Below are positions 22,205 to 31,931 of a stretch of DNA of 64,000 nt, in pieces. The position numbers were made by a program, and so were the translations under genes. Position 1 is the stretch's first letter, and each line of letters opens with the position of its first letter. Location of the stretch: positions 224,001 through 288,000 of the forward strand of contig JBGAML010000002.1 of the NCBI GenBank assembly GCA_044223005.1, given 5' to 3'. The notes beneath the pieces are model-generated. The model saw nothing but the letters and a program-made list of their open reading frames with translations. It had not been told where the DNA came from and searched no databases. This DNA comes from Candidatus Eiseniibacteriota bacterium. Lineage in GTDB: Bacteria; Eisenbacteria; RBG-16-71-46.

Positions 22205-23896
22205 TCATTCGAGCACCACGATTCGCCGGCTCGTCACGGCGCCCGCGTACGCGATGCGTGCCAGGTAGATGCCCGGGGGCACCTCGCGGCCATCGGCCCC
22301 GCGGCAGTTCCAGCGGAGGGCGTGCGTGCCCGCCGGCTGCGCGCCCTCCGCGAGCCTCGCGACGCGTGCGCCGCGGGCGTCGAAGATGTCGAGCGTCAAC
22401 GTCGAGGCCGCCGTCAGCGTGAACTCGATCGTGCTCGAGCGCTTCGCGGGGTTGGGGAAGGCACGCAGTGAGAGCCGGTCCGTCGGCAGGTTCGCCGTCA
22501 CGCCGCTGGTGGCGGATCCGAAGTCGACGACGAAACCGTTCGCCTGCCCGGGATCGGTCATCGCGCCGCCGCCGAAATCGAGCGAGCCGTAGAACTGCCC
22601 CGCGACGACCACGTGCCCGCCCGGTGCCGTCGCGATCGACTGGCTGAATTGCGATGCGGAGTCTCCGTATCGCTGGCTCTCGCGGTGCGTGCCGTTCGGA
22701 TCGTATGCCGCGACGATCACGTCCTCCGCGCCCATCGGCACGAGCACCGAACCGCCGACGTTCACCGGCCCGGTCGTGCTTCCCGTCACGAAGATGCTTC
22801 CCGCCGCGTCGGTCGCCACGGCGTTCACGTTCTGGTCGGACAGGTAATCGACGTCCATGAAATGCCGCGTCCACTGCGCGACGCCGGCCGCGTCGAACGC
22901 GACGAGGAAGCCGTCGGACCAGTACAGCGGTGCGCTTTCCAGTCCCGTGCCGAAGTCCACGTCGCCGTAGAAGGATCCGACGGCGTAGACCTCTCCATTC
23001 GGGCCGCTCGCCACGCCGTAGATGGACTGATCCGTGGCCGCGGCGGAACCGAAGGACCGGCTCCAGGCTTCGTTCCCGGCGGCCGTCAGCTTGGCGAGAA
23101 ACGCATCGTTCGCGCCGAGGCTCGTGTGCGGTCCGCCGCCGAAATCGAGCGAGCCGCTGTACCAGCCACCCAGGAGGATCTCGCCGCTCGGGTCGGTCGC
23201 GACGGAGGCGGGCCATTGGTCGTTCGCGTCGCCGTAACGGTGACTCCAGAGATGGCCGCCGGAGCCGGTGTACTTGACGAGGAAGACGTCGTCGAAGCCC
23301 GCGCTGACGAGCGGGCCGCCGCCCGCGTCGATCGTGCCGTAGAAGCCGCCCGCGACGATCACGTTTCCGGAGGGATCGAACGTCACCGCGGTGGCCGCCT
23401 GGGACTTGTTGTCGCCGAAGCGTCGCGCCCACTGGAACCCTCCGTTGGCGTCGTACACGGCGACGAAAGCATCGTAGATCCCCGCGGACGTGAGCGTCCC
23501 GCCGCCGGGGTTGATCGTGCCCATGAACATTCCGCAGACGGCCACGTTCCCGTCGGCATCGGTCGCGACCATGCTCGTCGAGACGCCGCCCGTGGCTGCG
23601 AACTTCCGGCTCCACATGCACGTTCCACTGGGATCGAACTTGGCGAGGAAGCCGTCGTCCGGGCTGGTGAGCGTGCTGGTCCCGAAGTCGAGCGTGCCGG
23701 AGAAGTAGCCCGTGACGATGGCGTTCCCCGCGGCATCGGTCGCGACGCTGTTCGCCCGCTGGAACGACGCGTCCCCGAGGCTGCGATGCCACAGCTCGGT
23801 CATGGCCGCTGCGCGGCGCGACGGCATGCCGAGGGTGCTGCCGACCAGCAGGGCCCCGAGGAAGAACGTTCGAAGGTTGAGGATCGGGCGCGGCAT
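22205..23896 (-). CDS. Secreted SBBP-like beta-propeller repeat protein with FlgD-Ig/T9SS-like C-terminal domain
   Basis: GAGGAG RBS. About seven repeats of VATD.xG..V.G.F.G.LDFG....D.F.(A/V)K(F/Y)...G...W; tail FPNP...IFDARG...PGIY. Confidence 0.9.
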   Translation of the reverse strand: MPRPILNLRTFFLGALLVGSTLGMPSRRAAAMTELWHRSLGDASFQRANSVATDAAGNAIVTGYFSGTLDFGTSTLTSPDDGFLAKFDPSGTCMWSRKFAATGGVSTSMVATDADGNVAVCGMFMGTINPGGGTLTSAGIYDAFVAVYDANGGFQWARRFGDNKSQAATAVTFDPSGNVIVAGGFYGTIDAGGGPLVSAGFDDVFLVKYTGSGGHLWSHRYGDANDQWPASVATDPSGEILLGGWYSGSLDFGGGPHTSLGANDAFLAKLTAAGNEAWSRSFGSAAATDQSIYGVASGPNGEVYAVGSFYGDVDFGTGLESAPLYWSDGFLVAFDAAGVAQWTRHFMDVDYLSDQNVNAVATDAAGSIFVTGSTTGPVNVGGSVLVPMGAEDVIVAAYDPNGTHRESQRYGDSASQFSQSIATAPGGHVVVAGQFYGSLDFGGGAMTDPGQANGFVVDFGSATSGVTANLPTDRLSLRAFPNPAKRSSTIEFTLTAASTLTLDIFDARGARVARLAEGAQPAGTHALRWNCRGADGREVPPGIYLARIAYAGAVTSRRIVVLE

Positions 23897-24219
23897 GGCA
23901 GGACTCCTCGCGGTGGATGGAAACCGGGTACGGGCTCGCCATCCCGGAAAGCGCACTCGGAGCCCGAATCGGACCATCGACGCGCGACCTGGCCCGGCGC
24001 CGCCACGCGTTGACGGCTCGCGGGGCGTGGGGAAGACTGCCGCTCCGGCGGCGCAACCTCATGCGCCCGAACGAGCGGCGACCCGGCCGCGACCCGATCC
24101 CGGTTGGGGGGATGCATGGTCATCGGAACGATCTCCGGCCCGCGCGGCCTCGAGGCCCGGCGCCCGCTCGTGGCGCGCGGCCCGTGCTGGACCCGTGGCG
24201 TCACCCGTGAGGAGCGCGC

Positions 24220-25047
24220 GTGACCGCCGCGCTCCAGCTGCTGGCGGTGCTGGCGCACCCGGACGACGAGACGCTCGGCACGGGCGGCACGCTCGCGCGG
24301 TACGCGAGCGAGGGCGTCGACGTGCATCTCGTCACCGCGACGCGCGGGGATCGCGGGCGCTATCACGGCGAGAAGGACGGCCCGAATCATCCCGGTCCCG
24401 AGGCGCTCGCGCGCCTGCGCGAGCAGGAGCTGCGCGCGGCAATCGAGGTGCTCGGCGTGCGCTCGCTCGAGATCCTGGGCTACGGCGACGGCGTGCTCGA
24501 CGAAGCGCCGGCGGCCGAGGCGATCGCGCGCATCGCCGCCACGATCCGGCGCGTGCGGCCGCAGGTGGTGATCACGTTCGGGCCCGAGGGCGCCTACGGT
24601 CATCCCGATCACATCGCGATCTGCCAGTTCACCACGGCGGCGATCGTCGCGGCGGCCGATCCGGCGCACGCTGGACCCGACGCGCCCTTCGCGGTCTCGA
24701 AGCTCTATTACATGGTCTCGACGCACGCGAACTGGCAGGCCTACCAGCACGCATTCAAGCGGCTCGTCTCGGTGACGGACGGCGTCGAACGCGAGGCGGT
24801 TCCGTGGCCCGACTGGCAGATCACGACGTGGATCGACACGCGTGCGCAGTGGGAGACCGTGTGGCGTGCGGTCCGGTGCCACGATTCCCAGGTCGGCGCC
24901 TACGAGCGACTCGCCCACATGTCGCCCGAAGACCACCAGGCGCTCTGGGGCACGGCCACCTATTACCGCGTGTTCAGCACGGTGAACGGCGGCCGCGTAC
25001 GCGAGACGGACTTGTTCGAGGGGCTGCGCGGGCCGGCCGCACGCTGA
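24220..25047 (+). CDS. PIG-L family deacetylase (MshB/BshB-like)
   Basis: LAHPDDE and YGHPDH metal-binding motifs, CHDSQ, GAGGAG RBS. Confidence 0.93.
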   Translation: MTAALQLLAVLAHPDDETLGTGGTLARYASEGVDVHLVTATRGDRGRYHGEKDGPNHPGPEALARLREQELRAAIEVLGVRSLEILGYGDGVLDEAPAAEAIARIAATIRRVRPQVVITFGPEGAYGHPDHIAICQFTTAAIVAAADPAHAGPDAPFAVSKLYYMVSTHANWQAYQHAFKRLVSVTDGVEREAVPWPDWQITTWIDTRAQWETVWRAVRCHDSQVGAYERLAHMSPEDHQALWGTATYYRVFSTVNGGRVRETDLFEGLRGPAAR

Positions 25048-25109
25048 CCCCGGACGCACCGCGGGCCTCGACCGGTGAGGATCGAGGCCCGCGTGCGAGC
25101 GTCCCGTTC

Positions 25110-28100
25110 CTAGCGGCCGTCCTCCCAGGCCGGCATGCGTCCGGGCGTGTACGGCGCACCCGCCTGCTCGAGCCGATCCTCGAATGCCTTCATGCGCTGC
25201 TGCACGTCGCGCAGGTCGGCGAGCACCTGGCCGAAGCTGGCCTTCGCTTCGTCATACGCGCGCTGGTACGTGCCCGTCGGCGCCGACGTCGTGCTCCAGA
25301 GCGAGCCGACGATGAGGTCGGTGCGACCTTTCAGCGACATGCGCGCCTGGCCCTCGAACTTCGGCAGGACGTCGTCGCCGTTCAGTGTTTCGTTGATCTT
25401 CTTGAGTTTCGCCTTGAGCGCCGAGAGCTCCGAGAGCCCGCTCGCGTCGAACCGCGGTGCCGCCATCGCCGCCGACTCGAAGTAGGGCAGCAGTTCGCTC
25501 AACTTGCCGCGGTGTCCGTCCGCCGCAGAGATCGAGCGCGAGAGCGCCGCGGTCTTCTCGTTGAAAGCGCGCAGGGCTTCGCGGTCGGCCGGCGTCAGGG
25601 TCGTCTCGTGGAGCGCGCGGCAGCGCAGCGTGCGCGGCTCGCCGAGCGCGGTGAGCTTGGCGTCCTGGTAGCGGTACATCGTCACCGCGTAGGTGCCCGG
25701 CGGCACCATGTAGCCGCGGTCCGGCTCGTCCCACGGTGCGGTGTCGGTGCGCGGCGCGAGCGAGACCGGGGTCACGGGGCTCGTGCGGAAGTCCCACACG
25801 ATCCGGTGCACGCCCGCCTTGATCGGCTGCTTGATCCGGCGCAGCGCGCGGCCGTCGCCGTCCGAGACGACGAAGAGCAGGTACGGCTCCTCCTCGGCGG
25901 CCTCCAGCTTGAGCCGCTCGTAGGTGGGGTACGGCACGTCCTTGCCCGCCTCCTGCAGCTTCTTCTCCTCGGCGTTGCGCTGCTTCTTGAGGGACTTGTA
26001 GTCGTCGCGTACCCAGTAGGTGATCGCGGCACCGATCTCCGGGTTCGGCGCGGCGAAGAACGACGCGCCCTGGAAACCCACGCCCGGGAAGCCCAGCGGA
26101 TCCGACGGCACGAACATCACGGCCTCGGCGGGCGGGAAGAGCGCCTGCGGAGCGGCGAGCGCCTTCGCGTCGAGCCCGCGCAGCGGCGTGTAGTCGTCGA
26201 GGATGAAGACGCCACGGCCGTACGTCGAGATGACGAGGTCGTGCTGGTCGCGCTGGATCGCCATGTCCATGACCTGGATCGCCGACGGCAGTCCGGCCGT
26301 GAGCTTGACCCACTGCGGCTCGGCCGTGTTCGAGACGTAGACGCCGTTCATCGTGCCGACGAAGAGCAGGTTCGGGTCTCCGTCGTCGACGGCGATCGAC
26401 CACGTGGGGCCGCGCACCGGGAGGTTGGCGCGGATCGTGACCCACGTCTTGCCGCCGTCGGAGGTCTTGTAGAGGTACGGGGCGTAGTCGCCGGCGAAGA
26501 AGTTGTTGCACGCGGCGTAGGCCACGTTCACGTCCGTCGGCGAGGCCGCGACCTGGTGGATGTGCGCGAACTCCGGCAGTCCCGGCAGCACGGCGAGCTG
26601 CCACGTGGCGCCGCCATCGTGCGTGACGTGCAGCAGGCCGTCACCGGAGCCCGCGTAGAGCCGCTTCTCGTCGAGCGGCGACTCCGCGATCGTGGTGACG
26701 TGGGCGAACGAGGACTTCGCCACCATCTCGTCCATGCTCCAGCTGCGTCCCATCAGGTGGTGCAGCGTCCTCGGCACGCCGCGCGTCAGGTCGGGACTGA
26801 TCTCGCGCCAGCTCTCGCCCCGGTCGTCGGAGCGCAGCACCATGTTCGCGCCCTGGTAGAGCCGCCGGTGGTCGTGCCGGGAGATCAGCAGCGGCGCGTC
26901 CCAGTCGAAGCGGTAGGCCGGCTTGCCCGTACCCTCGAAGCCGCGCAGGTAGAGCCGCTCGCCCGTCCGGCGGTCGTAGCGCACGAGGGCGCCGAACTGC
27001 GCCTGCGAGTAGATCGTGTTCGGGTCCGCCCAGTCGGCCTGCGACTGGAAGCCGTCCCCGCCCTCGGTGAACGTCCAGTCGGCGTTCGTGATGCCCGCCG
27101 AGCTGAGCGTGCGCGACGGCCCGCCGAGGCTGTTGTTGTCCTGCGTACCGATCCACACGTTGTAGAAGGGCTTCGCGTTGTCGACCGTCACCTTGTAGAT
27201 CTCGGCGATCGGCAGGTTGGCCTTGAATGCCCACGTGGCCGCGCCGTCGAACGATTCGTAGACGCCGCCGTCGTTGCCCGACAGCATGTGCCGCGGATCG
27301 GACGGATCGATCCACAGCGCGTGGTTGTCCACGTGCTTCTTGTCCTCGCCGAGCCGCGACCAGGTCTTGCCGCCGTCGGTCGACACCTGGTTGAACACGT
27401 CCATCGCGATGATGCGATCGACGTTCTTGGGGTCGCAGAAGAGCTTCTGGCAGTAGAAGGGGTAGGAGGTGACGTAGTCGCTCGCGCGCGTCCAGCTGGC
27501 GCCGGCGTCGCTGCTCACGTACGTGCCCTTGTCCTTCTTCTCCTTCGCGTCCACGACGGCGAACAGGCGGTCGGGATCGACCGGCGAGATCGCCATGCCG
27601 ATGCGCCCGACCTGCTTCTGCGGCAGGCCGCCCTCGAGCCGCTTCCAGGTCGTGCCGCCGTCGGTGGTCTTGTAGATCCCGCTCTCGTCGCCGCCCGTCA
27701 CCGTGGTGGTGAGGTAGCGCTGGCGCTGGTGCGCCACCGCGTAGAGCACGTCGGGGTCACGCGGGTCCATGTGCAGTTCCCAGCAGCCAGTGTGGTCGCT
27801 CGGGTGCAGGACGTTCGTCCACGTCTTGCCGCCGTCGGTCGTCTTGAAGACACCGCGATCGCCACCGTCCACGCGGTGCGGGCCGTAGGCGGCGACCCAG
27901 ACCGTGTGGGGGTTCGTCGGGTGCACCACCACCTGCCCGACCTGCTGGGACTCCTTGAGCCCCATGTTGGTCCAGCTCTTGCCGCCGTCCTCGCTCTTGT
28001 AGACGCCGTCGCCGGGCACGACGTAGGTCTGGCCGTTGTTCTCGCCGGTGCCCACCCAGACGATGCTGGGATCCGACGGTGCGTACGCGACGGTGCCGAT

Positions 28101-28460
28101 CGAGAAGGAGGACTGCCCGTCGAAGACCGGCGTGAACGTCACGCCTGCGTTGCTCGTCTTCCAGAGCGAACCATGCCCGGAGGCGACGAAGTATTCCGAG
28201 TGATCGCGCGGGTTGACCTCGATGTCGACCACGCGGCCGCCCGTCACCGCCGGCCCGATGCTGCGGAACGAAAGTCCCTCGAGCGAGACCTTCTCGAGGC
28301 TGGGCGAGGCGGGCGCGGCCGCGGGTTTGCTCCCGCTGCCGCCGGTCGCGCGGCTTCCACCACTCGCCGCCGCGGCGCGCGCGGGATGCGGCAGGACGAG
28401 CAGGAGCGCGAGGCTCGCCAGCGTGAGCGTGCGGAACGAATGCTGCGTGAACGCGTTCAT
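25110..28460 (-). CDS. Secreted BNR/Asp-box (VPS10/sortilin-like) glycosyl hydrolase-like protein
   Basis: Signal peptide; FRSIGPA..GGR; many (S/T)xDGGxTW Asp-boxes; HVDNHALWIDP, GTQDNNS, TYGRG. Confidence 0.93.
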   Translation of the reverse strand: MNAFTQHSFRTLTLASLALLLVLPHPARAAAASGGSRATGGSGSKPAAAPASPSLEKVSLEGLSFRSIGPAVTGGRVVDIEVNPRDHSEYFVASGHGSLWKTSNAGVTFTPVFDGQSSFSIGTVAYAPSDPSIVWVGTGENNGQTYVVPGDGVYKSEDGGKSWTNMGLKESQQVGQVVVHPTNPHTVWVAAYGPHRVDGGDRGVFKTTDGGKTWTNVLHPSDHTGCWELHMDPRDPDVLYAVAHQRQRYLTTTVTGGDESGIYKTTDGGTTWKRLEGGLPQKQVGRIGMAISPVDPDRLFAVVDAKEKKDKGTYVSSDAGASWTRASDYVTSYPFYCQKLFCDPKNVDRIIAMDVFNQVSTDGGKTWSRLGEDKKHVDNHALWIDPSDPRHMLSGNDGGVYESFDGAATWAFKANLPIAEIYKVTVDNAKPFYNVWIGTQDNNSLGGPSRTLSSAGITNADWTFTEGGDGFQSQADWADPNTIYSQAQFGALVRYDRRTGERLYLRGFEGTGKPAYRFDWDAPLLISRHDHRRLYQGANMVLRSDDRGESWREISPDLTRGVPRTLHHLMGRSWSMDEMVAKSSFAHVTTIAESPLDEKRLYAGSGDGLLHVTHDGGATWQLAVLPGLPEFAHIHQVAASPTDVNVAYAACNNFFAGDYAPYLYKTSDGGKTWVTIRANLPVRGPTWSIAVDDGDPNLLFVGTMNGVYVSNTAEPQWVKLTAGLPSAIQVMDMAIQRDQHDLVISTYGRGVFILDDYTPLRGLDAKALAAPQALFPPAEAVMFVPSDPLGFPGVGFQGASFFAAPNPEIGAAITYWVRDDYKSLKKQRNAEEKKLQEAGKDVPYPTYERLKLEAAEEEPYLLFVVSDGDGRALRRIKQPIKAGVHRIVWDFRTSPVTPVSLAPRTDTAPWDEPDRGYMVPPGTYAVTMYRYQDAKLTALGEPRTLRCRALHETTLTPADREALRAFNEKTAALSRSISAADGHRGKLSELLPYFESAAMAAPRFDASGLSELSALKAKLKKINETLNGDDVLPKFEGQARMSLKGRTDLIVGSLWSTTSAPTGTYQRAYDEAKASFGQVLADLRDVQQRMKAFEDRLEQAGAPYTPGRMPAWEDGR

Positions 28461-28711
28461 CGGGGATCGCCTCCGGCCGTAGCGTCGTGGATTCGTGAGC
28501 CAGCGTGGGGCGCAGACTGCGGGAACGCGCGCGCGCGGTCCAACGGGCCGCCGCCCGGCGCGGCGGGAAATCCTCCCGGCGCACGCCGGACGCATCGACT
28601 CCGGCACCCTGCCGGGCGGGCCGAAGGCAGCAATGTGACGCGCAGGGCGGTCGCGTACGCTGCGTCGACGACGGCCGCATCCGTCACGCACGCGTGGAGA
28701 GGTTCCGCCGC

Positions 28712-29806
28712 ATGTCCCCCGAATCCGAAGTCCCCGATCCGCCGCTCGCGCACGCTGCGGCCACCCGCACGCGCTGGACGTGGCTGCCGGCCGCGCGCTG
28801 GGCCGTGCAGGCGCTCTGCGCGGCGTTCATGGTCCTCGTCGGCGTCGAGTTCGCGCGTTTCTACGATGCGGCGCTCGCCGGAGCCTCACCACTGCCCCCG
28901 CGTCCGGCCGCGGTCGAGGCGCTCCTGCCGCTGAGCGCGCTGCTGGGCCTCAAGCACTGGCTCGCCACGGGTACGTGGGACGACCTGCACCCCGCAGGGC
29001 TCGTGATCCTGCTCGCGGTCGTGGCGACCGCGCTGCTCGCACGCAAGGCGTTCTGCTCTTGGGTCTGTCCCGTCGGCATGCTCTCGCGCGGGCTCGAATG
29101 GCTCGGCGCGCGCACGAAGCTGCTACGCCGCCGGCGCCGGCGTGGGCAGCCGTCGCGAGTCGCGTGGCTGGCGTGGGCCCCCAAGTACGTGATCCTCGTC
29201 TTCTTCGTCGTCTCGATCTTCGTGCTCATGGACGCGCGTTCGGTCGCGGAGTTCCTGGCGTCGCCGTACAACCACGTCACCGATGCGCGCATGCTGCTCT
29301 TCTTCCGGCATCCGTCCGCGACCGTGCTCGTCGTGATCGGTGCATTCGCCGTCGGGTCGCTGTTCGTGCGGCACCTGTGGTGCCGCTTCGCCTGTCCGTA
29401 CGGCGCGCTGCTGGGCCTCTTCAGCTGGGCCTCGCCGCAGCGCATCGTGCGCGACGCGGCCACGTGCACCACCTGCAAGCGCTGCACGCAGGTTTGCCCC
29501 GTGCGGATCACCGTGCACACCGAGCTCCGCGTGCTGACGCCCGAGTGCACGGGCTGCATGGACTGCGTCGCCGCGTGCCCGGTGGACGATTGCCTCACGG
29601 TGGGCCGTACCGGCCGCCGGGGATGGTCGCCGCTGCTGGTGCCGGCGGTCGCGATCGCCGTGCTGCTCGGCGCGTGGGTGCTCGCGCGCGCCAGCGGGCA
29701 CTGGACGTCGAAGCTGCCCGCCGAGGGGTTCGCGCAGTGGTACCGGCACGCCGAGGACGTCGGGCACGAGCGCGACGGCGCGAGGACGCGGGACGACGCG
29801 CCCTGA
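28712..29806 (+). CDS. Membrane 4Fe-4S binding protein (NapH/MauN/YccM-like polyferredoxin)
   Basis: FCSWVCP, WCRFACP, CTTCKRCTQVCP, CTGCMDCVAACP; several TM segments. Confidence 0.9.
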   Translation: MSPESEVPDPPLAHAAATRTRWTWLPAARWAVQALCAAFMVLVGVEFARFYDAALAGASPLPPRPAAVEALLPLSALLGLKHWLATGTWDDLHPAGLVILLAVVATALLARKAFCSWVCPVGMLSRGLEWLGARTKLLRRRRRRGQPSRVAWLAWAPKYVILVFFVVSIFVLMDARSVAEFLASPYNHVTDARMLLFFRHPSATVLVVIGAFAVGSLFVRHLWCRFACPYGALLGLFSWASPQRIVRDAATCTTCKRCTQVCPVRITVHTELRVLTPECTGCMDCVAACPVDDCLTVGRTGRRGWSPLLVPAVAIAVLLGAWVLARASGHWTSKLPAEGFAQWYRHAEDVGHERDGARTRDDAP

Positions 29807-29814
29807 AACGCACG

Positions 29815-29839
29815 CGGCCCCGGCGCGAGGCCGGGGCCG
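29815..29839. terminator. Hairpin between convergent genes
   Basis: CGGCCCCGGC-gcgag-GCCGGGGCCG, 10-bp stem. Confidence 0.5.
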
Positions 29840-29851
29840 GTGCGTGGCCGC

Positions 29852-30436
29852 TCAGTCGGGCGTCCGCCCGCTCGTGGAGGCTCCGTCTCGCTCGCGTGCC
29901 CGCCACGCGGCGAGCACCGCGCGGGCTTCGGCATCCGCGCGTGCGGGGAGCTTGCGGTACTCGGAGCAGTCGCTCGTGCGCGTGAGCAGGCGGTGGTTCA
30001 CCAGCTCGCGCCGCAGCGTCACGTGGTCGCCGAACGTGTTCGCCTCGCGCAGCACCGCGTTCACGTCCTTCTCGGTGTAGGCACGCTTCGGCTCGAAGCG
30101 AGCCCACAGGATCCACATCGCGAGCCGCTGCACGGCGAGGCGCGAAGGCCACTGCGTGAGGCGGCCGCGCGTGTCGAAGAGCCGCAGCGCGCGCTTCGCG
30201 TGCTCGGAGAGCGGCGCCGGAGGCTCGCGATCCTCGGGCGCCACGCGTGCGGGCGGGGCGTTCCGGGAAGCGCGCAGTGCCTGGAAGTTGCGATGCCCGG
30301 CCGCGCGCGAGAGCAGGTTCAGCCACTCGACGTGGGTGGGCGGAGACGACGACTCGCGCGAGGCGTGGGCGCGGGCGAGTGCGCGCGCGAACGCCGACAG
30401 GTCGTCGACGGCGAAGGGAATCGGATCACGGGGCAT
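29852..30436 (-). CDS. DUF2087 domain protein
   Basis: GAGGA RBS. FD..GRL..WP, YTEKDVN.VL, GDHVTLRRELV...LLTR..D.SEY. Confidence 0.85.
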   Translation of the reverse strand: MPRDPIPFAVDDLSAFARALARAHASRESSSPPTHVEWLNLLSRAAGHRNFQALRASRNAPPARVAPEDREPPAPLSEHAKRALRLFDTRGRLTQWPSRLAVQRLAMWILWARFEPKRAYTEKDVNAVLREANTFGDHVTLRRELVNHRLLTRTSDCSEYRKLPARADAEARAVLAAWRARERDGASTSGRTPD

Positions 30437-30625
30437 GGCTCGTCCTCACCTGCGATGCGCGCGCTCGCGACCGGGAAATCCCGGTGGCCGGTGGTCGCCG
30501 ACTTGCCGGCCGGGCGCACGCCGCATGGTGCGGGAGCGACTCCGTGGCCGTGGATGCGTGGCAGGTTCAGCTCGCGGAAACGTGTCCCGCGCGGCGACGC
30601 CTGGGTGGACTGCCGACCCGGCGCC
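30437..30625 (-). promoter_or_regulatory. Candidate structured 5' leader downstream of a TATGAT -10 element
   Basis: Minus strand has TATGAT near 30630, GGCAG...CTGCC enclosing the CGCGGGA/TTCCGCG hairpin, and an ACCGGGA-TT-TCCCGGT inverted repeat shortly before the RBS. Confidence 0.4.
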
Positions 30626-30743
30626 GATCATAGCGCAACCGGCCGCGCGGGCCGAACGTCCGGCGTGCGAGCCCGGTCTGGAGCGAGGCCGCCCGAACTC
30701 TCGCTCGGGCGGCCTCGCGACGAAACTCCGGCAGGTCGAGGTC

Positions 30744-31670
30744 TCAGGGGCGCCAGAGGTGGAAGCTCTTGACCTGCAGCTTCACGGAGGAACTGGCGTT
30801 GCTCCCCGTGGCGCCAGCCCATCCCCAGCCGTTTGCGCCGACACTCGCGTGCGCCCAGACCCGGTACTCCCTTCCGGGCAGCATCCGGACCTTCGCCGAG
30901 ATCCTCAGTTCCTGCGACGTGGAGCTAATCTGGGTGTCCGCCACGATGGAATGCTGCTCGTCCCAGAGATTGTAGATCGTGTTTTCGGCCACGACCCACT
31001 CCGCCGCCCCCTGATCGTAGTACTCAATTGCGAGTCCCATCTGGCTCCATGAGGCCACGTCGTAGCAGAAGCACTTCGCGCTGAACATGCACGAGTACGA
31101 GAACTCGATGGTCGCGAGCAGGTCGTCCGTATCCGCCGTCGTGGGTGAGCCGGCGGTGACCCCGACGCCGGCGGCGGACATGGCGCTGCAGTGCATCCGG
31201 CGATCGACATCGCCCTCAGGTGCGTAGGCGGAACAGGCAAACTCGCCAGTGGACGTCGACGCGTCGGCGCTTGCGTAACCATTCTGTGTGTAGGTCATTT
31301 CGCGGTAGTACCAATCGAACGGCTCGCGGCGGATGCTGTGAATCCGGAGATCTCGCACTGCCACGAACCGCTTACGGGGCGGCCTCGGCCGCTTCGCCAC
31401 GGGAGTCTCGTGCACGTTCTGGCGACGGGCCCATTGGGCGAGCCTGGCCATGCGTGTGTCGCTCATCGACGGGCCCGCCAGCGCATCCAGAATACGGCCG
31501 TTCACGAGTGCTCGTGCGCGCTGGCGGCGCACCTCGGCCTTCCAGTTCGCTTGCTGCAGGGCCTCGATCGCAGGATGCGCCAGCGCGCGGCGGGGTTCGG
31601 GACGAGGACGCCTTCGAGCGGCGAGGACGGGACGACGTTTCGAGGCGGATGCGCGACGGATTGCGGCCAT
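30744..31670 (-). CDS. Hypothetical protein: Arg-rich N-terminal arm plus beta-rich domain
   Basis: About 308-aa ORF filling the gap, with a protein-like C-terminal half. Codon use is less GC3-biased than its neighbours. Start is uncertain. Confidence 0.65.
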   Translation of the reverse strand: MAAIRRASASKRRPVLAARRRPRPEPRRALAHPAIEALQQANWKAEVRRQRARALVNGRILDALAGPSMSDTRMARLAQWARRQNVHETPVAKRPRPPRKRFVAVRDLRIHSIRREPFDWYYREMTYTQNGYASADASTSTGEFACSAYAPEGDVDRRMHCSAMSAAGVGVTAGSPTTADTDDLLATIEFSYSCMFSAKCFCYDVASWSQMGLAIEYYDQGAAEWVVAENTIYNLWDEQHSIVADTQISSTSQELRISAKVRMLPGREYRVWAHASVGANGWGWAGATGSNASSSVKLQVKSFHLWRP

Positions 31671-31931
31671 GGCGACCCCCGGCGTGTTTCCTTGAACTGC
31701 TCGCACTCCAGTTCCGAGGGGCAGGGGTGCATCGGCGCACGCGGTGCCCGTGACCGGGATGCGTCGTCGATCGCGCCAGACTCAGGGCCCGGCGGCCGCA
31801 GGGCAAGGGAAATGCTCGCCCGCTCGGCAGGAATGCGGTCATCCGTGTGGCGCAGCAAATCCCAGAAGCGGTGCACCTCGCTCGCATGCGGGAGCCGCGT
31901 GGGGACGTCGCGTTCGGCGGATCGGGTTCGA

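Noticed and set aside
23712..28934. 1740-aa plus-strand ORF and similar giant ORFs (36460..41301, 32852..36529, 47714..51187, 51084..53534)
   Set aside because: These are shadow or antisense frames of well-supported genes in GC-rich DNA. The translations are Arg/Ala/Pro-rich with no motifs.
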